IMG/VR virus record: IMGVR_UViG_3300024999_000030
Span: 124,001 to 188,000 of that record
Direction: 5' to 3' (one strand)
Length of the DNA: 64,000 nt
In this document: piece after piece, positions 1 through 9,768 of the stretch
How positions within the stretch are numbered: position 1 is the stretch's first letter
Layout: every line of letters begins with the position of its first letter
Translations under genes and position numbers: made by a program
Notes under the pieces: generated by a model
Told to the model about the DNA's origin: nothing
The model's input: only the letters and a program-made list of their open reading frames with translations
The model's database searches: none

Positions 1-2
1 GC

Positions 3-647
3 ACCGCTGCTCTTTTAGGTATTAATAAAGCCGCTAGGGTAACTTGCATTAAACCCAGTGGTACCACAAGTTTAGTGTTTGGTTGTTCATCTGGAATTCA
101 TGAATGGCACGATGAATATTATATTAGAAGAATGCGTATTGGTAAAAATGAAGAATTATACAAATATTTAAGTGAACATTGTCCAGATATTTTAGAAGAT
201 GATTTTTTTAAGCCTACTATTCAAGCGGTAATTAGTATTCCACAAAAGGCCCCAGAGGGAGCTATTTTAAGAAAACATAGTGATCCAATTAAACTTTTAG
301 AGCGCGTAAAAAAGTTTTCTCAAGAATGGGTTGTACCTGGACATAACGACGGTGATAACAGACATAATGTTTCGGTTACAGTTAGCTTAAAGGATGATGA
401 GTATCAAATTACTGGCGAGTGGTTATGGAAAAATAGGGACCATTATACTGGTATTACAGTGCTCCCGCTTGATGATCATTCGTATATGCAAATGCCCTTT
501 GAATCATGTACTGAAGAGGTGTATGATAAAATGTTACGTAAAATTAAAGATATTGATTTGTCTAAGGTTGTTGAGATAGACGACCACACCACGTTAACAG
601 AACAGGCGGCATGTGCTGGGGGAGCCTGCACTATTACCAGAGTATAA
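3..647 (+). CDS. nrdJ: Class II (adenosylcobalamin-dependent) ribonucleotide reductase, C-terminal part; 5' end lies outside the window
   Basis: Frame open from base 3: TAALLGINKAARVTCIKPSGTTSLVFGCSSGIH (KPSGT motif). C-terminal Cys pair AACAGGACTI is typical of monomeric class II RNR. Confidence 0.88.
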   Translation, partial: TAALLGINKAARVTCIKPSGTTSLVFGCSSGIHEWHDEYYIRRMRIGKNEELYKYLSEHCPDILEDDFFKPTIQAVISIPQKAPEGAILRKHSDPIKLLERVKKFSQEWVVPGHNDGDNRHNVSVTVSLKDDEYQITGEWLWKNRDHYTGITVLPLDDHSYMQMPFESCTEEVYDKMLRKIKDIDLSKVVEIDDHTTLTEQAACAGGACTITRV

Positions 648-676
648 TTGAAAAAAACCTATTTTAGAGTTATATT
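648..676 (+). promoter_or_regulatory. Sigma70-like phage promoter TTGAAA-N17-TATATT
   Basis: Exact 17-bp spacing; upstream of RBS taaggag and ATG 694. Confidence 0.6.
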
Positions 677-693
677 TACATAAGGAGAGCAAA

Positions 694-858
694 ATGACGA
701 GAGATCAGGTAAAATGTTCCCATTGCGGTGGAGACACAAAGTTTGTAAGAAAATATGAAACAGTGTATATATTTCAGTGTATTCTTTGTCGTAGAAAAAC
801 TCAAATTATGACTGAAATGATTAGGGAGCCGGAGAAGAAAAAGAATGAGAGGAAATAA
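694..858 (+). CDS. 54-aa zinc-ribbon protein (CxxC...CxxC), not in the ORF track
   Basis: MTRDQVKCSHCGGDTKFVRKYETVYIFQCILCRRK; RBS aaggag. Confidence 0.65.
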   Translation: MTRDQVKCSHCGGDTKFVRKYETVYIFQCILCRRKTQIMTEMIREPEKKKNERK

Positions 859-1369
859 TTCTAGTTTTATTCGTATTGGTGATGCTATTAAATCTTTCGT
901 GATTGTACCAGATACAGAACGGACTTATGTGTCGCATTATGTTAATATTGATGGTAAAAATCAAAAGCGAAATTGTCATTGTAATGCGACTTGTCCATAT
1001 TGCCTCAATGGAACGAGTACTTTTAAGGGAGTTTATGCTATTGCTTTAGCTGAAGGCGGTCAGCTTGGGTTTATTGATCTTAAACCCGGCTTGATTAAAC
1101 AGCTTAGTATAACCGCTGCAAAGGAAGGTGTTTCATTAGGTGTATTTTTAAATAAGCGTCTTTTGGGAGTTAGCAGAGAAATTAAAAATCATTATACTGA
1201 ATATCAAATCAATAGTACGATTTTAACTGATGCCGATCATGACGCTTTGATGCGCTCTATTTATGAGGGTAAAAATAGCGATACAATGATGAAATTAATG
1301 GAAAAATTAGAAACGTTAGTCGTTCCAGGATCGGAGAGAGAAGATGGCGGATTCGACAATCAAAATTAA
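845..1369 (+). CDS. Hypothetical Zn-binding protein, possibly gp32-like ssDNA-binding fold
   Basis: SHYVNIDGKNQKRNCHCNATCPYC resembles the H..C..CPxC Zn site of T4 gp32; acidic C-terminal tail. Confidence 0.3.
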   Translation: MRGNNSSFIRIGDAIKSFVIVPDTERTYVSHYVNIDGKNQKRNCHCNATCPYCLNGTSTFKGVYAIALAEGGQLGFIDLKPGLIKQLSITAAKEGVSLGVFLNKRLLGVSREIKNHYTEYQINSTILTDADHDALMRSIYEGKNSDTMMKLMEKLETLVVPGSEREDGGFDNQN

Positions 1370-1509
1370 TTCAAAGGATATTGAAACATTATATAATATT
1401 ATGATTAAGTATCAAGATTTTTTTATAGATTTAGCTAAAATCGGCGGCACAGAGCATGTACATGACTTCAACACGGTAGCTAAAATTATAAATGATATGT
1501 TGGAGCAGG

Positions 1510-1538
1510 TAGACAGTCATTAAAAATAATGTTATATT
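1510..1538 (+). promoter_or_regulatory. Promoter TAGACA-N17-TATATT
   Basis: Matches the window-wide consensus with one mismatch; upstream of ORF 1606. Confidence 0.45.
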
Positions 1539-1605
1539 TCTAAAGCTGTTCAGAAATGAACAGCTCTTTTCCTATTAATAATTGTTAATTTAGCGGAGGT
1601 GTCCT

Positions 1606-1893
1606 ATGGCGTGTGGCGGCTGTGGCGGTTATCGTAAAATTGAAAAACCGGCAGTTCAACAACCGGCGATTTCATCTGTTCCCCAACCTCTTCCACCCCC
1701 ACCCCCTCCTCCAATTTCGGTAACTTCTGTTCCTGGTACACCTACCCCTCCACCAAAACCCAAAACTGTGGTATTGGCTGTTTCATCCACTCCATCTAAA
1801 CCAGTGGACGCACAAGAGGCAGTAACAGACTTGATTAAAAAGAAAAGAGAAGCTCTTTTGGCTCTTAGGCGTAGTCAACAAAGACAATACTAA
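1606..1893 (+). CDS. Pro-rich hypothetical protein with N-terminal CGGCGG
   Basis: RBS gcggaggtg; poly-Pro tract. Confidence 0.65.
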   Translation: MACGGCGGYRKIEKPAVQQPAISSVPQPLPPPPPPPISVTSVPGTPTPPPKPKTVVLAVSSTPSKPVDAQEAVTDLIKKKREALLALRRSQQRQY

Positions 1894-1902
1894 GGAGAAA
1901 AA

Positions 1903-2172
1903 ATGCCAAGTTGTTGTTCTACAGGTTGCTCTTCAGGTTGTAATTCTAATACTTCTGAGTTACTCAAGGTCCCATTTGATGTTTTTGCCTTGACCCCAGA
2001 ATACTTTCAACCTAAACTCTATAATCAAAAACAATTTAATATGTTAAGTGAAACGGGAAAAAAACTATACATAGATAATATTGTGACTTTTAATTCTCTA
2101 TGTCGGGATGCGGAGCGTTTGGATTTATTAATTAATGAAAACGCCCCATGGTCGAATGACACGCAAAGCTGA
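1903..2172 (+). CDS. Hypothetical protein, Cys-rich N-terminus
   Basis: RBS aaggag; MPSCCSTGCSSGC. Confidence 0.6.
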   Translation: MPSCCSTGCSSGCNSNTSELLKVPFDVFALTPEYFQPKLYNQKQFNMLSETGKKLYIDNIVTFNSLCRDAERLDLLINENAPWSNDTQS

Positions 2173-2470
2173 GTTGTTATCAACTCTACAGTTAAGCGGC
2201 GGGAATACCATAGATGTCATTCGTAAGTCTCTCCCCAACTATAAAGTAGGGCAAATTGACCCAGGTGATGCTTCAGAATATAAGATATTTGTCTCATATG
2301 GTCAATCCCCAAAGGAACAGGCTATTACTACAATTCATGAATTAATTCATATCGTGGAATGTATGGTACAAGACGGAACACATTTACACGATCCAAACGA
2401 TTATGATTTGCTCGCTTATTTTATATATAATACCGTAGCTTCAGTGGAGAGCGCGGGAAAGGAGAATTGA
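2135..2470 (+). CDS. Small HExxH putative metallopeptidase
   Basis: TTIHELIH motif. Confidence 0.5.
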   Translation: MKTPHGRMTRKAELLSTLQLSGGNTIDVIRKSLPNYKVGQIDPGDASEYKIFVSYGQSPKEQAITTIHELIHIVECMVQDGTHLHDPNDYDLLAYFIYNTVASVESAGKEN

Positions 2471-3119
2471 GAATGAAACCTGCCGAAAGAAATTATGTAG
2501 TAAGATTATTTTTCAACAATGGATCTCATGAGCAGGTTAAATATGAGAACCAAACTGAAGCGACGACAGCTTATAATGCCATTACAGCTGCCGTGGAAAA
2601 TAGAAGTTATGTGGGCGAACTTACACTACATGATGGAACTAAATGTAGTTTTAGAGTGGGTCGTTTGGTTTACTGGAAAGTATTTCGTTACACAGAACCT
2701 TCTAAAGAAGAACGCGGAAGATAATTAATTTTTATAATTATAGTTCAAGAGCCCAGAATCTTTTCTGGGCTTTCTTGATTTTTATCAACAATAGTGTTAT
2801 ATTAATTTTGATTGGGGATGGAATGATTATAAAAGCTTATATTAAAGATGAGCCCTCATATATGAGATATGAGGCTTCGTATAGAATCCCAAGAAAACTA
2901 GTATATGCTTCCAATGTAATTATACTATTTTTGAGAGATGGCGCGTCTAAAATTATAAAATCCAGATTTAAACAACCCGAAGAAAAATTTGTTCCAAACT
3001 CCATTCAAAGAAGATGGTATTTACAGTCTTTGAAAATCAAAGATAGTGATTTAAAGTATCGTATAAATTCTATTTCATTTGGTATATCACAAAAAGATAT
3101 TGACTTTTTTGTGTTTTAA
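2467..3119 (+). CDS. Two hypothetical ORFs (2467-2724; ~2820-3119)
   Basis: ORF track; a hairpin terminator and a promoter lie between them. Confidence 0.5.
2747..2775 (+). terminator. Intrinsic terminator
   Basis: agcccagaa-tctt-ttctgggct followed by T-rich tract. Confidence 0.6.
2775..2803 (+). promoter_or_regulatory. Promoter TTGATT-N17-TATATT
   Basis: Exact spacing. Confidence 0.6.
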
Positions 3120-3128
3120 GATTATATT
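3100..3128 (+). promoter_or_regulatory. Promoter TTGACT-N17-TATATT
   Basis: Exact spacing; upstream of the GC-richer two-gene cassette. Confidence 0.7.
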
Positions 3129-3168
3129 AATAATGAGCACAATATGTGCAGATAGGAAGGAGAGAAGG

Positions 3169-3552
3169 ATGAATAAGAGTAAAAATAAGACTAAAACTAG
3201 CTCTACGCCGCCCCATAAGCTGACAGTAAAACAGGATTCTTTGTCGCGTCAGATTGAGAATATTTTGACGTCCAATGTCGGCTGCCGTAGCAATGACGTG
3301 CTGCTTTACACTACTCTACTTAACCGATATTTTGGAGTAGAAATTGCAGATGATCGCCTTATGCTTGATCTCAATGTAGCTAAGGTAGGCGGCTATCCTC
3401 CCCTGGAATCTGTGTCCCGCATTCGTCGGGCCTTCCAGGCTAAGGGCTGGTTCCACTCCACTACTCGCCGCGAGCAGTTTGTTCGGGCAACCAAAGTACG
3501 AAAGGGCTCGATTTCTAAGGTCGCTCTCAAGCGCCTCAGTAAGTCGAAGTAA
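3169..3552 (+). CDS. Basic hypothetical protein (possible DNA-binding)
   Basis: RBS aggagagaagg before ATG 3169; K/R-rich; GC-richer codon usage. Confidence 0.65.
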   Translation: MNKSKNKTKTSSTPPHKLTVKQDSLSRQIENILTSNVGCRSNDVLLYTTLLNRYFGVEIADDRLMLDLNVAKVGGYPPLESVSRIRRAFQAKGWFHSTTRREQFVRATKVRKGSISKVALKRLSKSK

Positions 3553-3566
3553 TGGGAGGTGATATT

Positions 3567-3821
3567 ATGAGCGCTGACGTCAAGGTTGCGGAGATTCGGG
3601 GCCTTAAGGTTAAGAAGGTTCTGACCTCAAAGAAAAAGTTGGAAATTACGTTTGAAGGCAAGGTGGACGAAGTAAGTGCAGTGGGAAAGACAATCGACGA
3701 GGCCGTAAGAGAGGCCAACAAGGCGTCTATGATGGAGCTTTGTACATCTATCAGTGTCTCGGTTATGCCAGATTCTGGAGAGACTGACGAAGAGAACGAT
3801 GGCGGAAAGAAAAGCAAGTAA
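3567..3821 (+). CDS. Hypothetical protein
   Basis: RBS ggaggtg before ATG 3567. Confidence 0.65.
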   Translation: MSADVKVAEIRGLKVKKVLTSKKKLEITFEGKVDEVSAVGKTIDEAVREANKASMMELCTSISVSVMPDSGETDEENDGGKKSK

Positions 3822-3841
3822 AGCCACGTAGGTTGTCTAAG

Positions 3842-3875
3842 CCGCCCTCTCCTCCCCGGGGAGGGCGGTATTTTT
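3842..3875 (+). terminator. Intrinsic terminator
   Basis: ccgccctc...gagggcgg followed by attttt. Confidence 0.6.
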
Positions 3876-3889
3876 ATTATGGAGGATTC

Positions 3890-4435
3890 ATGAAACTTAA
3901 TTATGTACAATGCCGTCCCTATGACGGTTATTTTGATGTGGGTAAACCTAAAGGCGATGCGGCGGTAGACCTAAGAGCTTTAGAGGTTCAAGCCTTAGAT
4001 ATGCGAGGTTGTTTGCCAATTATAAGTAAAATGGGGGTCCAAACTGGTGATTGGGGGCAACTAGATACAGAATATATTTTTGGACATGAAGATTATGGGC
4101 ATGTGTGGGAGCTTCGCCCCCATACCATGCATAAAATTTATACTGGCGTAAGGATTCACTTGGGAGATGGATATGAAGGTAAAATTTGTTTACGTTCTTC
4201 TAGTGGACTGCTTGGGCTTGTGATGCCTAATGCCCCTGCTTTAATTGATAGTCACTATGTTGGGGAACTTATTGTCCCAATATTAAACCCAATGTCATAT
4301 AGTATTTATATTGCTCCTGGTTCAAGATTTGCTCAATTGAGTGCATTGACTTTTGAACCAACGGAACCTATATTGGTTATGGAACTAGCAGAAACAGAGC
4401 GAGGCAGTAAGGGCTTTGGTTCTACAGGCGCTTAG
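3890..4435 (+). CDS. dut: Trimeric dUTPase
   Basis: LRSSSG, LIDSHYVGEL, RFAQL and C-terminal RGSKGFGSTG motifs; RBS ggagg before ATG 3890. Confidence 0.9.
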   Translation: MKLNYVQCRPYDGYFDVGKPKGDAAVDLRALEVQALDMRGCLPIISKMGVQTGDWGQLDTEYIFGHEDYGHVWELRPHTMHKIYTGVRIHLGDGYEGKICLRSSSGLLGLVMPNAPALIDSHYVGELIVPILNPMSYSIYIAPGSRFAQLSALTFEPTEPILVMELAETERGSKGFGSTGA

Positions 4436-4451
4436 AAAGAGAAGGTGATGA

Positions 4452-5771
4452 GTGGCAACAATCAACGTGATTAAGCTAAAAAATAAGCCAGTAGTAATTC
4501 ATTATCGAGCATTTGAAAAATGTTTTAGGATGCAATATGTTTTACCTTACGCTGGAGCTGCTCATGAAAAAATTCCCGGGCTTGCCCATGCAACTGAACA
4601 TATGTTGGTTTTCAATAAACTAGGAAATCATAATATAGCCAATGAAGCCGCAGCTACATTTGGAGTCAACATCAATGCCTTCACCGGTTTTGCAATGGCT
4701 GGTTTAGACGCATCTGGTGTCGTTTCCACTAAAGCTTTAGACGAAGTGGCTAGACAATGGTCCGCTCAACTTGTTAGTGAAAATTATACACAAGAAAATT
4801 GGAATTGTGAAAAAGAAATTATTAGAGCCGAAGCTCTTGATGCTGATAACACTGCGGCTTTTATTGATGTTTTTATGAGGGCTGTTACCCGAACCTCTCC
4901 AAGATACAAACAAGGTGTTATGATTGGTACTGATTTTTTGGATGGTATTTCAGTAGCCGATCTTCGTAAGGCTCATCAAAATTGGAACACCTGGGGAGAC
5001 CAAAGTTTCGTTCTTATTGTTGGCGATTTGTGTCCAGAGGATATTAATCGCTTTATGACGAAAATGGATTTTGGTAATTATAATGCCTCCCTTAAAGTTA
5101 AATTAGATAAAAGCAGACCCAAAGCTTACGATCAAAAAATGTCTACATGGTCATTAGCTAATTATACCTTATCTGGTATAGAGGCAAGACGATATCACTT
5201 TATGGAGGCCTCTGGTCCTTTGCTTGGGACGCAAGCGTGGTACGATATGTTGGCCATCGGTGGTCTCTTTTTCACTGGTGGTAATTCCAAAGCTCATAAG
5301 GTACTACGTGGAGACCATGGTATTTGTTATGACTGTGGTGGTTTAATTTCTCGGGTAGATGGTGGGGTAGTATTGGGTATTGAATATGCCATGGAAAAAA
5401 AGCTTACCACTGGCCCCAAAGATCATGAGTTGTTATCGAAAATTGTAAAACAAGCCGCTTCGGATGTAACTCCAGAAGCAGTAAAAATGATAGCCATGAA
5501 TATGAAAACTAATTATTGTTTAATTCACAATAGTATTGAAGATTTAGTTGACGCGTTGGGAGATGAATTAACTATCATGTCCTATGAAACAACCCTAGCT
5601 GAATTTCAAAAAAATGCAAAACTTTTGACGCTTGATAATAGATTAGCAATGTTGGATAATCTTAATGTTGGTAGGTTACAACACCTTGCTAATAGATTTT
5701 CTAAGAGTAAATATACTGTGCATTATTTTACAGAAAAATGTGAGCACATTAAGAAGGGAAAAAAGAAATGA
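4452..5771 (+). CDS. M16 (inverzincin/pitrilysin-like) Zn peptidase
   Basis: GLAHATEHML (HxxEH) with downstream EKEIIRAE. Confidence 0.78.
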   Translation: MATINVIKLKNKPVVIHYRAFEKCFRMQYVLPYAGAAHEKIPGLAHATEHMLVFNKLGNHNIANEAAATFGVNINAFTGFAMAGLDASGVVSTKALDEVARQWSAQLVSENYTQENWNCEKEIIRAEALDADNTAAFIDVFMRAVTRTSPRYKQGVMIGTDFLDGISVADLRKAHQNWNTWGDQSFVLIVGDLCPEDINRFMTKMDFGNYNASLKVKLDKSRPKAYDQKMSTWSLANYTLSGIEARRYHFMEASGPLLGTQAWYDMLAIGGLFFTGGNSKAHKVLRGDHGICYDCGGLISRVDGGVVLGIEYAMEKKLTTGPKDHELLSKIVKQAASDVTPEAVKMIAMNMKTNYCLIHNSIEDLVDALGDELTIMSYETTLAEFQKNAKLLTLDNRLAMLDNLNVGRLQHLANRFSKSKYTVHYFTEKCEHIKKGKKK

Positions 5772-6412
5772 AAATTATAGGAATTTCTGGAAAGGCAAGA
5801 AGCGGTAAAGACACTACTGCTAATTTTTTGAGAGATAAATATGGTTTTTCAGTGATTCATTTTGCTGACATTCTTTATGCGGAAACACAGGAAATTTATA
5901 AATATTGCACATTAGTGGTTGGCGACAATGCCGAATATACTGGTGTTAAATTAGAAAATGGAATTGTCGTACCGTTACCCTCATCTTTCCCGCCCTCTCT
6001 TTTAAGAGATGGAATGAAGGAAAAAAATGGTAATTTTTTACAATGGTGGGGAACTATTCGACGTAATTATTTTAAAAAAGACTATTGGGTTGAACGTGTT
6101 GAAGATACTTTAGCTAATTTTGAAGCCAATGGAATAAAAAATGTTGTTGTAGCTGATGTGAGACTTCTGAATGAAGCTAATTTTATTAAGGGTGTCAGGG
6201 GAAAATTATTGAGAACGATAAGGTATAATGCAGACGGAAGTCCATTTATTGATCCCAATCGTGATCCTAAACATGAATCAGAAATTGAATTAGATGATTA
6301 TCCTGATTTTGATGCTATTCTAATTAACTTACATGATATTCAATTTCTCTGCGATAGTGCCGAGGAATTGTTATTTAAAATTTTTCCAGATATAACATGT
6401 AACTTATCCTAA
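5768..6412 (+). CDS. Deoxynucleoside monophosphate kinase
   Basis: MKIIGISGKARSGKDT P-loop; LQWWGT, YWV, VVVADVR..NE, HESE motifs. Confidence 0.85.
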   Translation: MKIIGISGKARSGKDTTANFLRDKYGFSVIHFADILYAETQEIYKYCTLVVGDNAEYTGVKLENGIVVPLPSSFPPSLLRDGMKEKNGNFLQWWGTIRRNYFKKDYWVERVEDTLANFEANGIKNVVVADVRLLNEANFIKGVRGKLLRTIRYNADGSPFIDPNRDPKHESEIELDDYPDFDAILINLHDIQFLCDSAEELLFKIFPDITCNLS

Positions 6413-6421
6413 GGAGAAAAT

Positions 6422-8083
6422 ATGAGTACGCCCAAGAAAGTATATCTTAAAGAAGAAGCTCAGCGACTTTTAAGTAAAGGGGTAAATACAATTACAGATG
6501 TGGTGGCCTGCACTTTAGGTGCTCAAGGCCGAGTTGTAACTATTGACCGTGGCCGTTATGGTACTACCGTTACAAAAGATGGGGTCACTGTCGCCAATGA
6601 AACTATTTTGGAAGATCCAGCTGAAAATATCGGCGCCGACATGATAAGAACCGCCGCTAATACAACAAATGACACCGCTGGAGACGGGACCACCACCGCA
6701 GCAGTCTTAACTAGAGAAATCTATAATGAGGGTCGAAGGGCCATGGCAGTAGGTGTAAACATTGCCGAATTAAGACGTGGCATTAACGCCAGTAAGGATG
6801 TTGCTGTTTCAGAATTAAAACGTTTAGCTACTTCCGTGAAAGATGGTGATATTCAAAAAATTGCCACTATTTCTGCTAACAATGACGATATCACTGGGGC
6901 TATTATTGCAGAAGCAATTAACAGGGTTAATAACGGTGTAGTAACGGTTGAGTTATCTCAGACAGCTGAGACTTATTATTCTTTAACAGAGGGCTTCCAA
7001 TTTGACAAAGGATTACCAACACCATATTTTGTAACTGATCAAATTAGAAATATTACTGAGTTTGAAGATGCATATATTCTCATTACTATGCATAAATTGA
7101 TGGCCGCTGAACCATTGGTCAATTTATTGAATGAAGTTAGTAAATCTAAAAAACCTCTTTTAATTATTGCCGATGGCTTTAGTAATGAAGTTCTTCAAAC
7201 GCTTGTCTATAATAAAATGAAGGGCGCCGTACAAGTTGCCGCTGTAAGCACCCCAGGCTATGGTGAGGCTAAAATTCAACTTTGTGAAGATATGGCAGCT
7301 TTAACTGGAGCACAATTTGTAGACCCAGAGGTAACTAATATTAATGATGTTTCTTTGGCATATTGTGGTCAAGCTAAAAAAATCATTTGTACTAAATTTA
7401 GCACCACGATTATGGGTGGGGGCGGAAACAAAGAAGTAGTGGATCAACGTATGGATAGAATTAAATATGCGTTGGCTCAAGAGCATTTGGCTCCCTTTGA
7501 AATTGATCAACTTAGAGATAGATTAAGTAGATTGCAGGGCGCCGTTGCGGTTATTCATGTTGGTGGTCTTAACGAAGAAGAAGCGAATGAAGCTAAAGAT
7601 AGAGTGGAAGATGCTGTTCATGCCACTCAATCTGCTATGGAAGAGGGTATCCTTCCAGGTGGTGGTCTTGCTTTCCTATATGCTTCCAAGGCAGTGGAAA
7701 CGGCAATGGAAAATCAAGCACATAAAGATGCTAAAATTGGATTTGATATTATTCGGAAGGCTTTAAAGGCCCCATCGCGTCAAATTGCAGCAAATGCTGG
7801 CTTAGACCCAGCGACAGAAGCGGTCACTAAAGCACTAGAGGCTTATCCCCAGCAATATGGTTATGGTTTTAATGCTGCTACGGAACAATATTCTAATTTA
7901 ATAGATGATGGGGTAATTGACCCAGCAAAAGTGAGTAGAGCAGCTCTAGAAAATGCCGTATCTGTTGCCCTGCTTATGCTTACCACGGACGCTCTCCTTG
8001 TAGAAACTGCATTTAGAGAAGACGATCCTAGAGTGGATAAAGTGGCTCGCCCAAGGGTTATGATGCAAAAACACAATCAATAA
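6422..8083 (+). CDS. groEL: Group I chaperonin GroEL (phage-encoded)
   Basis: TLGAQGR, TKDGVTVA, AGDGTTTA, GFQFDKG, EEGILPGGG, GVIDPAKV motifs; no GGM tail. Confidence 0.96.
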   Translation: MSTPKKVYLKEEAQRLLSKGVNTITDVVACTLGAQGRVVTIDRGRYGTTVTKDGVTVANETILEDPAENIGADMIRTAANTTNDTAGDGTTTAAVLTREIYNEGRRAMAVGVNIAELRRGINASKDVAVSELKRLATSVKDGDIQKIATISANNDDITGAIIAEAINRVNNGVVTVELSQTAETYYSLTEGFQFDKGLPTPYFVTDQIRNITEFEDAYILITMHKLMAAEPLVNLLNEVSKSKKPLLIIADGFSNEVLQTLVYNKMKGAVQVAAVSTPGYGEAKIQLCEDMAALTGAQFVDPEVTNINDVSLAYCGQAKKIICTKFSTTIMGGGGNKEVVDQRMDRIKYALAQEHLAPFEIDQLRDRLSRLQGAVAVIHVGGLNEEEANEAKDRVEDAVHATQSAMEEGILPGGGLAFLYASKAVETAMENQAHKDAKIGFDIIRKALKAPSRQIAANAGLDPATEAVTKALEAYPQQYGYGFNAATEQYSNLIDDGVIDPAKVSRAALENAVSVALLMLTTDALLVETAFREDDPRVDKVARPRVMMQKHNQ

Positions 8084-8143
8084 TTGGGCACACCTATTAA
8101 TAAAACAAATTTAAAGTAGCATTTTAAAAAGAGAGGTACGCCC

Positions 8144-9541
8144 TTGAGTGCACGTAAAAATAGCTATGCATCTTATGACGATTTTTTACTAGATATTGGT
8201 GAATATTTTATAAGTTTAAACGCTGCGTTGTTTATGGAAACAGTACCTCCAACTGAAACAGCTAAAGCCTCTAAGAGAATAAAAACTTTAACGGGTTTAG
8301 TTGTTACGGCAACTACAGTTTCTACCTCAGCTAAAAAATTAAGAGTAATTGCGGAAAGGGAATATATAAAAATTGCAACAAAAATGAAAAGATCTTCAAA
8401 TCTTCCCACCACACAACTGATGTGTGATTTTCAATTATCAGAATTAGAAATGCTTATTCTTTTATATTTGTCATGGCAGGAAGTTGGGACTGACAATATT
8501 TTTATGTATATTAAAAATATCAGTCCAGTCCTTAAATTCTTTTCTAATAATGAAAAAGATGTAGTGTCTCGTTTAAAACTATTTAGTAATGATGCTAAAA
8601 TGATTAATGGCGGATTGTTGCATATCCAACAAAGTGAAAGTGCGCCTCTTGGGGCTTCTGATTTAATGGTGTTGGAGCCACTTAGAGAAATGTTAGCGGG
8701 GATGACGGATTATGATTTAGCGGTATTGCAACAAAAAAAGAAATGCAAAGACACATGTCAAACCGCTGGAACCATTACTCTTATAGCAAAAGAAGCTACT
8801 ATGGAACAGCTTCATATGACGGAAGCATATTTAAAACACTATAAAAAGATTTTTGTGGATTGGGCACTTGGGGAATCCATTCCATATGGAAGTGGTATGG
8901 TTATTTTATTTCATGGCCCCCCTGGCACAGGGAAAACCCTCGCCGCCCGTTATTTAGCCCAACGTTGCAAAAAAGAATTAATTGTAGTGGATTATGCTGA
9001 TTTACTTAATAAATATGTTGGTGAAACAGAAAAGAAAATTAAAGAAATGTTCAAACGCGCTGCAAAATCTGGAGCCGTGCTCCTAATTGATGAAGCTGAT
9101 AGTGTGATGCACGCTAGAGGCGATGATTCAAAGAGTTGGGAAATTTCACAGGTCAACGTATTGCTTCAGTGTGTGGAAGCTCATGATGGTGTGGTGATTT
9201 TAACTACCAATCGTGAGGAATTATTAGATAAAGCGTTAATGCGTCGTGTTATTCTTAAAGTAGCATTTGAAATGCCAGATGCTAGTCAACGCGCCAAAAT
9301 ATGGCAAACGATGCTTAAAGAGCAAGCAATTGATAAGGCGGTTGATTTTAAAATTTTAGGTGAAGAATTTATATATGCCGGTGGTAATATTAAAAATGCT
9401 GTGTTATTGGCGGCTATTCTTGCTGCCAACAAAGGTAAAGAGAAGATTGGTATGGATGATTTACGTGAAGCCGCTATGTTAGAAAAGAAAAAAGTTACAC
9501 CGAAGGGTTCTAAAATTGGCTTCATGGGCGAATCAAAATGA
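8144..9541 (+). CDS. AAA+ ATPase with large N-terminal domain (SpoVK/Vps4/Afp15-like)
   Basis: Walker A FHGPPGTGKT, KYVGETEK, Walker B LLIDEAD, ILTTN, Arg finger ALMRR, GGNIKN. Confidence 0.88.
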   Translation: MSARKNSYASYDDFLLDIGEYFISLNAALFMETVPPTETAKASKRIKTLTGLVVTATTVSTSAKKLRVIAEREYIKIATKMKRSSNLPTTQLMCDFQLSELEMLILLYLSWQEVGTDNIFMYIKNISPVLKFFSNNEKDVVSRLKLFSNDAKMINGGLLHIQQSESAPLGASDLMVLEPLREMLAGMTDYDLAVLQQKKKCKDTCQTAGTITLIAKEATMEQLHMTEAYLKHYKKIFVDWALGESIPYGSGMVILFHGPPGTGKTLAARYLAQRCKKELIVVDYADLLNKYVGETEKKIKEMFKRAAKSGAVLLIDEADSVMHARGDDSKSWEISQVNVLLQCVEAHDGVVILTTNREELLDKALMRRVILKVAFEMPDASQRAKIWQTMLKEQAIDKAVDFKILGEEFIYAGGNIKNAVLLAAILAANKGKEKIGMDDLREAAMLEKKKVTPKGSKIGFMGESK

Positions 9542-9768
9542 AAAACTATGGCATGTATATATCCTGTCCCGCTTGTAAAGGTGACAGATTTTGGATTGCT
9601 TCTATTACAGATTTAAGTAAATGTAGCAAAGACCTTGATTTTATTAATAAAATAGCTTATATTGTAGATGGAACTTGTGAACAGTGTAATCATTTAGTTG
9701 CAGATATAAATGAACTAGAGGCTCTGTTAATCGGTTCCGAAGGAACGGGGAATGATAGAAAAGATTGA
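9538..9768 (+). CDS. Small Zn-finger protein
   Basis: CPAC...CEQC. Confidence 0.55.
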   Translation: MKNYGMYISCPACKGDRFWIASITDLSKCSKDLDFINKIAYIVDGTCEQCNHLVADINELEALLIGSEGTGNDRKD

